A stretch of 41,621 bases of DNA, taken from the NCBI GenBank assembly GCA_040326155.1, contig JBEQLE010000037.1:1-41621 (forward strand), written 5' to 3'. Source of the DNA: Leptospirales bacterium. GTDB lineage: Bacteria; Spirochaetota; Leptospiria; Turneriellales; JAOUFE01. The translations under genes were made by a program, and so were the position numbers. The first letter of the stretch is position 1. Each line of letters begins with the position of its first letter. Under the pieces are notes generated by a model that saw only the letters and a list, made by a program, of their open reading frames with translations, was not told the origin of the DNA and ran no database searches. Shown in pieces: positions 8,477 through 16,964 of the stretch.

Positions 8477-11400
8477 ATGCACAAGTTTAAGACATCTGTA
8501 TCTATTTTAGCGCTATCCGTTTTTCTCATTTCGCAGATAACTCATTGTTCTCGCGAAAATTCTACCGATATCGGTCCGGTTCATGAGCTGGGGCTAACTT
8601 CCTCCGATTTACAAAAAGGGGAGTTTGTGGAGCAAGAATTTGACCCGGCTAAAGCCAAAATATTTATCGCTATTGATGCCAAAGCGCTGACTGACCCTTC
8701 CGACCCCGAATATTACCCCCCTGTAAAACTCGAAAAAAAAGGAGCGCGTGGTGAAAAAATAGATGAAAGTAAATTTCGGGCAAATATGGCAACCGATAAA
8801 CCTGTTATTTGTAAAGACATGACCGCTTCGGGTAATAAAAAGAGCGGCGACAAATGTCTAAAAAAGGTCGATAAAGTTATTCTATCGATTCAGAAAATTG
8901 AACTACTCATTGACGATCTAAATTCAATATCCGTACTGGAACACGAAGAGCCTGAGGCTTATGTATTGAACCGCCTGGGTGAAACTGTAGTTGAAGTTCT
9001 GGTTGAGCCGAAAGTATATACCGGAATAAAAATTACACTTGCAAATGGACACGCAGTAGAGTTCAGCGATACTACAGTTTTGAACGCAAGTATGCATAAA
9101 GTTGATCACCCTGTTACGACTCACAAAATTGAAGCAAAAGCGGGGTTCATTACCGATGTAAAACTGGCATTTGATAAAACAAAGATTACTCATTATAATA
9201 ATTTGGTGAAAATAGAGGCTTTATTGCGTTATCGCGATATTGATCTATATGAAGCGGCGTACTCCATTGTTTCTCAGGAAAATTTATCTGATGAAGATGA
9301 TAATGAACTTACGATTGCCCTTCCCTTGAACGTAGAACAGACTGCTACAGAATTGGCCAGACTTAAAAGCCAAATGGCGTCAAAGACATTTATTTCTGAA
9401 AACCCGGAAAAACCGTCTATGTATCATGTTATGATCTATGTTGACAAACCTGAACATAAGACACTACTTGACACATTGCAAATACATTATGACTATTTTC
9501 CTCTTTTCGATACCGACGATATTGGCCTTGGCATGATCGATATTCGGCAGCATACGGATGGCTTTTTTGTCTATGCCTTAATTACAGATTTTCATTATAA
9601 TCTATTTATGGCTTTTAAACTATTTCAAGCCTTTGAAGTTCTCGACGAAGTCTCTTACGAAACCCTGGCTAAAGGTGGTTTTCATATGCGACAATTGTAT
9701 GAACCCACGGAAGCCGAACTCGACATCGTAGATCGCCTTTTTGACGAACAAATTCTAGCCGGTGTTGTGGTATTTCCAACGGCACAAACCACCGTCGGAA
9801 CCTTGAGCGTCGGTCAAAGAGGTTTTTTCGGGAATTTATGGAACGGAATTCGCCGAGCGACAAGCCGGGTCGGAAGAATAGTCGCAAACACTGTAAGGGC
9901 CGTACTAATAGTCGTTGACGTTGTTCTTTCCACCGTTGTAAGAGGTCTCGCTTTTGTAACATCCGGGTTTCAGTCTGCCAAAGTAAGGGGCCGAATAGGC
10001 TTTTCCGATAAACAACTCAAACGGTATCGAAAATTCGGAAAACCATTTCTATTGAAAAAAACGCCTGTGACCATTCGCGCAAATGGCTTTTTTCTAAATG
10101 CATCTTTTCAAAAATCTGACTCAAAAGGGTATTTCAATTCGGGAGCGTTGGCAACGAACTTTTTTGGCGCTAAAATTCGGTATAATGTACGAATAAGATT
10201 GGAAAACGATGTAGCGACAATCTACAATGGCAATCCGTTATGGCCCATAACACTCGTAATTGGGTCTAGTTACGCCAATAATAAAATAAAAAACTACCAC
10301 CCCAAAGAGCCTAATCTGTTTGTATACGGGGTAACCAATTTTGCTCACAAAAGAGCAAAAAATCTTTTTCAATACACAGACAGCTCAGGCGGTTATTATG
10401 GCCCTAAGCGTGCCTTAATTGTAACAGGCAATGCCGGTATATTGCAAGCGATAATGGAATCACAAGGTACAGACGCCATGGTACCAGCCGGTACATTGGG
10501 AAGTATTGTAGCAGGCAGTGGTATTACTATTGGTAGTTTTTTTGGACCCTCCGCCGCAGCGCTGGGGTATGCCATTGCCTCTTTAGTTTCCTGGTTATTT
10601 CAACTCGACGCCGATATTTACTTCTTAAAGAAGGTAAGGTTCAACGAATCTGTAATTGTGCATGAATATGGTCACTATGTCATGTTCGATAAAATAATAC
10701 GAAACAGCTCTGGTAACTCAGTGAAAGGGCTGCTCTACTGGTATCTGAAAAATTTTGATAGAGATGCATATTCGAAAGACGAAAACCTCGTTCAATTCGT
10801 AGAGGGTTGGGCCGACTTTTTTGCTTATATTGCTTTATCAACAAAAGATAAAAATGGAGCATGGGAAGTGGCAGAACCAAAAGAACGTATTTCTAAGGGC
10901 TATTTTGTACTGCCTGAGTTAACTTTTCAAATAGATAATTTAACCGGTTTGGAAATAAACCTGGGTGGGACTACAGCTGCAGCAGAAAGCGTGTATCCCG
11001 AAGTTGAACAAGGCTGGTATTCAACCGGACGTGTAGCCGCCATATTATACGACTTATACGATTCCAAACAAGATACGGACGCAAATTCATCGTTAACCGA
11101 CCGGGTGGAACTGAAACCGGCCCGTATATTAAAACTGGTTACCGGACTATACAGCAAAGACCGTTGTACTATTCTGGATGGCTGTAAAATGGATTTAAAC
11201 CTGTTGTATTTGCATGTAAAAGAAAATTCAGCTTATTATAACAACAAGTATAATTTGAATTTTTCAGACTTCAGTAAAATCTACAGAATGCATGGAATTT
11301 CAACCAGCTTGTTAAACAGCGGCGGTTACTATACGTTATCGAATTACAATAAATTTCAAACTATGCCCATTACACCGCTACCCATAATAATGGGTCCGGG

Positions 11401-12151
11401 CATAACCTCGACCGAACTGGTCTGGCAGGCCGATGTTACGGCAGACTATTTTATTCAAAAATCTGGCGATTGCCTGAATGGTATGTTATCGACCGGCACA
11501 GGCGCCGAAGGGTTCATTACGCCGGACCAAACGGTGACCAGTACACTGCTTCGCTCCGACATGCAACCGGGAGTAAACACAGTAACAATATGCGTATACG
11601 CCGAATCGGCAATCGAGTACAAGCAGATTACCGTTATAACCGATGTAGACGCGCCAACTACAATGGCCAGCCCCGGAAGCATCTCTTTTGGTGGGAATCC
11701 GGTTTGGGTCAGCTTACATTGCACAGATACGGGAGGGGCCGGTTGCTCTAAAATGGTATATACAAAAGATGGCACAGAACCCTCTTTTTCACCTTTAAAT
11801 GGAACCCTGGTCGACGGCGACACCGCTGCGTTCGACGTCCGGTGCGACGTAACCCTGAAATTTCGCTCTATGGACCTGGCAGGCAACACAGAAAACAGCG
11901 TTACCGAAAGCTACGCAAACGGCGCAGACTGCTGCAACGATTCAACTTTATGTAAAGACGAAACGAACTGTAAAGATGTCAAGGTAACCACCAAAAGATC
12001 GGGCTGCTGGAAGTACTATGGCTGGCCTATTAATGCCTCGCGATGTATATGCGGAACCATCTTTCGTCCCGAAAGCTGCTATGTGGCTAAATGGGTACCG
12101 GAATGTACAATTAAGGAAAAGTGCAATACCACCACAACGTGCAACTATTAA
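8477..12151 (+). CDS. 1224-aa modular lipoprotein: DUF4382-like N-domain, gluzincin-type Zn metallopeptidase, Ig/chitobiase-C-like domains, Cys-rich tail
   Basis: Signal ending ITHC. HEYGH (10661-10675) with downstream EGWADFF (from 10802). APTT...VSLHCTD..GAGC..MVYTKDGTEPS...LKFRSMDLAGNTE resembles a CHB_HEX_C/Fn3-associated domain. 11 Cys in the last 73 aa. Confidence 0.75.
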   Translation: MHKFKTSVSILALSVFLISQITHCSRENSTDIGPVHELGLTSSDLQKGEFVEQEFDPAKAKIFIAIDAKALTDPSDPEYYPPVKLEKKGARGEKIDESKFRANMATDKPVICKDMTASGNKKSGDKCLKKVDKVILSIQKIELLIDDLNSISVLEHEEPEAYVLNRLGETVVEVLVEPKVYTGIKITLANGHAVEFSDTTVLNASMHKVDHPVTTHKIEAKAGFITDVKLAFDKTKITHYNNLVKIEALLRYRDIDLYEAAYSIVSQENLSDEDDNELTIALPLNVEQTATELARLKSQMASKTFISENPEKPSMYHVMIYVDKPEHKTLLDTLQIHYDYFPLFDTDDIGLGMIDIRQHTDGFFVYALITDFHYNLFMAFKLFQAFEVLDEVSYETLAKGGFHMRQLYEPTEAELDIVDRLFDEQILAGVVVFPTAQTTVGTLSVGQRGFFGNLWNGIRRATSRVGRIVANTVRAVLIVVDVVLSTVVRGLAFVTSGFQSAKVRGRIGFSDKQLKRYRKFGKPFLLKKTPVTIRANGFFLNASFQKSDSKGYFNSGALATNFFGAKIRYNVRIRLENDVATIYNGNPLWPITLVIGSSYANNKIKNYHPKEPNLFVYGVTNFAHKRAKNLFQYTDSSGGYYGPKRALIVTGNAGILQAIMESQGTDAMVPAGTLGSIVAGSGITIGSFFGPSAAALGYAIASLVSWLFQLDADIYFLKKVRFNESVIVHEYGHYVMFDKIIRNSSGNSVKGLLYWYLKNFDRDAYSKDENLVQFVEGWADFFAYIALSTKDKNGAWEVAEPKERISKGYFVLPELTFQIDNLTGLEINLGGTTAAAESVYPEVEQGWYSTGRVAAILYDLYDSKQDTDANSSLTDRVELKPARILKLVTGLYSKDRCTILDGCKMDLNLLYLHVKENSAYYNNKYNLNFSDFSKIYRMHGISTSLLNSGGYYTLSNYNKFQTMPITPLPIIMGPGITSTELVWQADVTADYFIQKSGDCLNGMLSTGTGAEGFITPDQTVTSTLLRSDMQPGVNTVTICVYAESAIEYKQITVITDVDAPTTMASPGSISFGGNPVWVSLHCTDTGGAGCSKMVYTKDGTEPSFSPLNGTLVDGDTAAFDVRCDVTLKFRSMDLAGNTENSVTESYANGADCCNDSTLCKDETNCKDVKVTTKRSGCWKYYGWPINASRCICGTIFRPESCYVAKWVPECTIKEKCNTTTTCNY

Positions 12152-12155
12152 AATT

Positions 12156-12737
12156 ATGCTTAAAACAACAAAAAAATTAACCATTTTTGCTTTTTTAGTC
12201 CCACTGGTATTTACATGGAACTGCCCGGCGAATGATGGTCCACATACGAAAATAACGAAAGTGGATTTTAGCAGTAATCTAATTGGCGAGGGGGAAATTA
12301 ACAGTGATAATGAATATCATATAGACAATACTCCACAAGAAACTTCTTACGATTCGCTACTCATGGAAGTTGATGCAGCAACTATTTCACTATATACAAA
12401 TCGTGCGGGTCCGGGCTTGGGTGTTAGTTGGCAAACAAACGATTCCAATACTACCGGGGTCTCTTGTGGTGTTTCATATGAATATTATGTCGTAATAATA
12501 AAACAAGACAATATCACTTTATACGCTTCAGAGTATTCCATATATACTATTGCAGGCAATAATGCGGGTATTGCCGAAATACCTTTGAATTTTACCGACC
12601 AGACATACGCTACCGCTGAAACACATACGTATACATTTGAATTCTGGCAATGCAAAGGTGCCTGTGAACTGAAAGATTACGACAAGAAAACCAAAAAAAA
12701 AGAAGAATTTACTATAACTGTGAATTATACACCATAA
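12156..12737 (+). CDS. Hypothetical lipoprotein, tandem paralog 1
   Basis: Start at ATG 12156, 4 nt after the upstream stop. Signal ends LVFTWNC. Collinear with 12743-13333. Confidence 0.8.
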   Translation: MLKTTKKLTIFAFLVPLVFTWNCPANDGPHTKITKVDFSSNLIGEGEINSDNEYHIDNTPQETSYDSLLMEVDAATISLYTNRAGPGLGVSWQTNDSNTTGVSCGVSYEYYVVIIKQDNITLYASEYSIYTIAGNNAGIAEIPLNFTDQTYATAETHTYTFEFWQCKGACELKDYDKKTKKKEEFTITVNYTP

Positions 12738-12742
12738 AACCG

Positions 12743-13333
12743 ATGAACCAGTTCTATAAAACAACAAAAAAATTCACCTTACTGCTTCTTTTAATTCCGC
12801 TGGTTTTTACATGGAATTGTCCGGCGAATGATGGGCCACGCACGAAAATAACAAAAGTTGAATATATCAGTAGCGAAATCGGTGAAGGCTCATTTACTAC
12901 CGAAGGAGAATTCTCAGTAAATTATTCTCCTGAAAGAACTTTTTATGAAACATATACTATCGATATTGATGGAGCTACCATCACCCAATACACTGGTGGC
13001 GAGGGACCAGGTATTGAAGTTGTATGGAAAACGAACGATGCAAATACTACCGGGTTCTCTTGTGGCGTCTCACATGAATATTATGTCGTTATTATTAAAC
13101 AAGATAATATTACTTTAGCCGCTTCAGAGTATTCTATTTTTCACCTTGCAGGTAATAATTATGGTTATGCCGAACTACCTCTGAACTTCACCGACCAGAC
13201 ATACGCTACCGCTGAAACACATACGTACAAATTTGAATTCTGGCAATGTAAAAGCTCCTGTGATCTGAAAGATTACGGCAAAAAAACCAAAAAGAAAGAA
13301 GAATTTACTATAACTGTAGAATACACACCTTAA
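12743..13333 (+). CDS. Hypothetical lipoprotein, tandem paralog 2
   Basis: Same LVFTWNCPANDGP, EYYVVIIKQDNITL and PLNFTDQTYATAETHTY segments as paralog 1. Confidence 0.8.
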   Translation: MNQFYKTTKKFTLLLLLIPLVFTWNCPANDGPRTKITKVEYISSEIGEGSFTTEGEFSVNYSPERTFYETYTIDIDGATITQYTGGEGPGIEVVWKTNDANTTGFSCGVSHEYYVVIIKQDNITLAASEYSIFHLAGNNYGYAELPLNFTDQTYATAETHTYKFEFWQCKSSCDLKDYGKKTKKKEEFTITVEYTP

Positions 13334-13361
13334 TTGTAAAAATAATAATTTGGAGATTAAA

Positions 13362-14102
13362 ATGATAAACAAAATAACGATATTCACTCTGGTTTCATTA
13401 GCGACTGCGTCGATTTTTGCTTATACAATTGGCAGTCCTTCTATTGCAGTCGAAATTAGAAATTCGAAGGCAAACCGGGGGGTCAGTCTTCATGTGGTCG
13501 ATGAGACTTCTAAAACTCTGTTGTATGAGAGCGAATACAATTCAGAGAAGGCGGTAGAAGCTACGGATAAATCGGGTAATTACAGGCGAGTTATATCTGG
13601 TTTGAACGACCGGCATACATATAGCGTCAGCGTTAAAATCGATACCGATGGGGCGTTTGGTGAAAACGAAACCGATTTGGGTAAAACCATAGCACGGGTT
13701 ACACCGGGTGAAACTCTGGTAATTTACAATCTTTTTCCGCTTTTGGAATTAAAGCCGGAATTAACATATGCCCAACCCGCTTTACAAGGAAGAACAGCAT
13801 TTTGCTTTATGGGAACATCTCCGTATGTGGTTACCGATTTAGCCAACCAGAATAAATTGGGATATGTAGCCATGGCCACGCTGCAATATGATTCAAATGG
13901 AATGCAATCGATAACGACTTCTATAATGTTACCAAACGATGAAACCTCATCTTTGTATAAAAATGTTCTATGCGCCATAGACTATGACGACAGTGAATCG
14001 TTTAACTCCGGCGATTTATACCAGATTATTGAGGGAAATTTTTTAAGCGGAAACTCCACACCTGAAAAATTTCCAATTGGCGAATGGCTTGCCCTGCCGT
14101 AA
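13362..14102 (+). CDS. Secreted hypothetical protein with two Asp-rich (putative Ca-binding) loops
   Basis: GGAG before ATG 13362, signal peptide, and the loops IDTDGAFGENETDL and IDYDDSESFNSGDL. Confidence 0.75.
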   Translation: MINKITIFTLVSLATASIFAYTIGSPSIAVEIRNSKANRGVSLHVVDETSKTLLYESEYNSEKAVEATDKSGNYRRVISGLNDRHTYSVSVKIDTDGAFGENETDLGKTIARVTPGETLVIYNLFPLLELKPELTYAQPALQGRTAFCFMGTSPYVVTDLANQNKLGYVAMATLQYDSNGMQSITTSIMLPNDETSSLYKNVLCAIDYDDSESFNSGDLYQIIEGNFLSGNSTPEKFPIGEWLALP

Positions 14103-15657
14103 TTTAAATTTGTTTTTAACTTTGTGTCTGGTTCTAAGTTGCACTCTCGTAAGCTTTTGTCGACCTCCGGTAAATCTGGACGAGGCACAAAATAGTAAAA
14201 CAAAAACAAGTGTAGACCCGTTATTTCAATACCAGTGGTATCTAAACAACAAAGAACATCCCAAAGAAGATATAAATGTGTTACCTGTCTGGCAACAGGG
14301 AATTTACGGACGTGGAATAAAAATACTATTGATTGATGACGGAGTGGATGTTAACCATCCTGATCTGAAAAATAGAATTGATTCTAATTTGCAGCGTGTT
14401 TACCCGGCGACCGGGGGAGTGCGTCCAAATATACATGGAACGGCAATGGCTGGAATAATCGCCGCAGAAAGAAACAACGGCGAAGGAGTTACAGGCGTCG
14501 CTCCTGAAAGTACAATTATTCCCGACAACCTGTTGTTGATCACTAACCTCAAAGAAAAAAATATAGTTTATTCGCTCACAAAGAATATTGATAAAATAGA
14601 TATTTCGGTCAATAGCTGGGGCGCTCAAGATTTTACCGGGCAATTCAACACCCTGGGCGATTCTTGGTTCCAGTCCATTGAATATGGACTAAAGCAGGGA
14701 CGAAATGGGAAAGGAACGATCTACCTTTGGTCAGCCGGAAACGGAGCTTCCGAAACGGAAGAAATTGACAATTCGAATTACGATGGCCAGGCAAATTTCT
14801 ATGGCGTAATAGCCGTATGCGCAGTAAACAAAACCGGTAAGCGAGCAGTCTATTCTGAAAAAGGGGCCAATCTCTGGCTTTGCGCTCCTTCGTCAGAAAA
14901 GATTAACGGAGCAGGGTATGGAATGTTTACCACAGATGTAACCGACACCGGCGGAATGAACAACATCGGCGCCCCGCTTGATTACAAAGACCTGAATTAT
15001 ACAAAACGGTTTGGGGGAACATCGGGAGCCGTTGCCATAACCGGAGCGGTGGTTGCCCTGATGCTTGAAGTAAATCCAAATCTGGGTTGGCGCGATGTAA
15101 AAATTATATTAGCTGAGTCGGCGCGACAAAACGATCGGTTACATACCGGGTGGAAAACCACAAACGGGAAAAAAATTTCCGATGGTACATATTTTCAATT
15201 TAGCCATGAATATGGTTTTGGCGTTGTAGATGCTCAAAAAGCGGTTCAACTTTCTCGCCATTGGCAAAATGTCCCGGCGTTGGTAACAACGACATTTGAA
15301 GCGCTTCGTCATACTTCGCATTCCTTCCATACAAAAACTCACGATACCCTGGTCATTGCAAAATCCAATATAAAATATATAGAATTTATAGAAATAGAAA
15401 CCAAGTGGGAGTCGAACGAATCGGGAACGCTCGCTATTGAAATCGAAAGCCCCTCCGGCACTATAGCCAAATTGACAGAACTACACTCCTGCTTAAAAGA
15501 TTTGCGCAAAGTAAAATGTCAAACACCACCCCTATGGCGGTTTGGTTCTTCAGCTACTTTAGGGGAAAACCCTGAGGGAACCTGGAAGTTAAGACTACAC
15601 TCGACGAAAGACCAACACCGCCTCATCAGCTGGAAAATTAAAATCTACGGACATTAA
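14077..15657 (+). CDS. Kexin/furin-like S8 serine protease with C-terminal P-domain (start uncertain)
   Basis: Catalytic IDDGVD, HGTAMAG and GGTSGA, oxyanion AGN. Convertase-type motifs GRNGKGTIYLWSAGN, LGWRDV, HEYGFG and GENPEGTWKL. Confidence 0.92.
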   Translation: MANGLPCRNLNLFLTLCLVLSCTLVSFCRPPVNLDEAQNSKTKTSVDPLFQYQWYLNNKEHPKEDINVLPVWQQGIYGRGIKILLIDDGVDVNHPDLKNRIDSNLQRVYPATGGVRPNIHGTAMAGIIAAERNNGEGVTGVAPESTIIPDNLLLITNLKEKNIVYSLTKNIDKIDISVNSWGAQDFTGQFNTLGDSWFQSIEYGLKQGRNGKGTIYLWSAGNGASETEEIDNSNYDGQANFYGVIAVCAVNKTGKRAVYSEKGANLWLCAPSSEKINGAGYGMFTTDVTDTGGMNNIGAPLDYKDLNYTKRFGGTSGAVAITGAVVALMLEVNPNLGWRDVKIILAESARQNDRLHTGWKTTNGKKISDGTYFQFSHEYGFGVVDAQKAVQLSRHWQNVPALVTTTFEALRHTSHSFHTKTHDTLVIAKSNIKYIEFIEIETKWESNESGTLAIEIESPSGTIAKLTELHSCLKDLRKVKCQTPPLWRFGSSATLGENPEGTWKLRLHSTKDQHRLISWKIKIYGH

Positions 15658-15725
15658 TTATGCAATTCATTGTGCCATAAACTATTATATTATTCGCGAA
15701 TGGTAAGTTTCCTTCCCAAAGAACT

Positions 15726-16553
15726 TTACGGTGCTTTTGGACGCTCTCTTATTTTTATCGAGAAGTCTTCAGAATCAGCATATTTCAGAGCCTGGTCATT
15801 TATTTTATAATATTCTCGTATTTTTTTAAAAGGCAAATTCGTATCGATTAGCCCCAGCTTGTAAGCCAGCTCGTCGGAGTACCCCGGCAATAATACTTTA
15901 TAACTAAAAGGCACTCGACCCGCTGTAATATCGTTTATATGCGAAACAATATTCGTTGTGCATGTGTTTGTCAAAGTATTGTAAAATTCAGGATGATCTT
16001 TCAGCTCGTTCGCCCTTTCGATCATCGACAAAAACAGCTTTTTAAGGTTTTCATGTGAAGATGGTTTTCCGGGGTACAAGTAAACAGGGTCTTTTCTATA
16101 ATTAGATCGTAGTTTTACAATATCACGTTCGTCGGCTATCACATACATAATTTCGTATTGCCTGAACAGTCCAGAAATGGGTGAAAAGGACTCTCCTTTT
16201 TCTTTTCGAATTTCAACAGAAATACTGATAAAGTTTCCCCCTTCAAATTCAAAACTAAGCATCGTGTGTGCAATCCCCTCAAAAGAGGAAAGTGGTTCCA
16301 TAATAAAATACACATTTGTTATACTGTTCAGGTCGAAAGTTTTATCGTAATAACCGGGTTCATATTTCGTTGAAGATTCGTAAGTAAAATTTCGTATATT
16401 TTTTAAATGAATAAGGTTTTCTTCCATAACGCCAAATGGCAAAACTGCCTGGTCCGTAGACCAATCTCGCTCATTGGACGGTCGAATAAAAATAACCAGC
16501 CCCAACCACAGAACAAACAGCACAACGCAAACTATCAATAATTTTTTCAGCAT
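15726..16553 (-). CDS. DUF4105-domain membrane-anchored protein
   Basis: AHTMLSF, SVEIRKEKGE, ADERD and FYNTLTNTCTT. N-terminal TM anchor. Confidence 0.85.
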   Translation of the reverse strand: MLKKLLIVCVVLFVLWLGLVIFIRPSNERDWSTDQAVLPFGVMEENLIHLKNIRNFTYESSTKYEPGYYDKTFDLNSITNVYFIMEPLSSFEGIAHTMLSFEFEGGNFISISVEIRKEKGESFSPISGLFRQYEIMYVIADERDIVKLRSNYRKDPVYLYPGKPSSHENLKKLFLSMIERANELKDHPEFYNTLTNTCTTNIVSHINDITAGRVPFSYKVLLPGYSDELAYKLGLIDTNLPFKKIREYYKINDQALKYADSEDFSIKIRERPKAP

Positions 16554-16559
16554 ATAGGT

Positions 16560-16587
16560 AATTTAAATTAGCTGACACTAACGTCAA
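16560..16587 (-). promoter_or_regulatory. Putative sigma70 promoter of the DUF4105 gene (possibly leaderless)
   Basis: TTGACG-N16-TAAATT, 6 nt before ATG 16553, with no Shine-Dalgarno. Confidence 0.4.
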
Positions 16588-16757
16588 TATTTATTCGGAA
16601 AAAGTAAGTTTTTACCACCTCGCTTCGTGGTTTCCAAATTTTTTTTTCACCACCCCATACGATACTGTTTTAGCGTCGAGAGATGCAATTCCGTTTGATG
16701 AGAATTTACCCACCTGCAAAAATCGTGCCAGCTGTGGAAATCCCCACACAGAATCGC

Positions 16758-16783
16758 TTTCGTTGTGGATTTTCACAACGAAA
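16758..16783. repeat. Inverted repeat/hairpin
   Basis: Perfect 10-bp stem TTTCGTTGTG/CACAACGAAA with a 6-nt loop. Confidence 0.7.
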
Positions 16784-16799
16784 AACCCGGGATGTAGTG

Positions 16800-16875
16800 C
16801 GGTCGCATTCCGCAATGCGAACATGTGGAATAAAATACCTTTACGCTTCGAATTTACCGGGGACGTCGTCGGCCT
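16800..16875. repeat. 76-nt dispersed intergenic element, copy 2 (REP-like left end)
   Basis: Matches the reverse complement of 162-237. Preceded by GTAG (16794-16797) and contains the hairpin TCGCATT-CCGC-AATGCGA. Confidence 0.8.
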
Positions 16876-16964
16876 GCTCTTCTTCCTTCTATTCCTGACA
16901 ACTTTTATACATCTAAAACAAATTATGTTCTTGCTGACATGTCTAATCCCATATATTCGACATA

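Noticed and set aside
12018..12155. N-terminal extension of paralog 1 in the ORF track
   Set aside because: It overlaps the upstream gene. The signal peptide and the paralog alignment start at ATG 12156.
12156..13333. Diversity-generating retroelement TR/VR pair
   Set aside because: The differences are not adenine-restricted and include many synonymous changes. Both copies are full genes and no reverse transcriptase is present.
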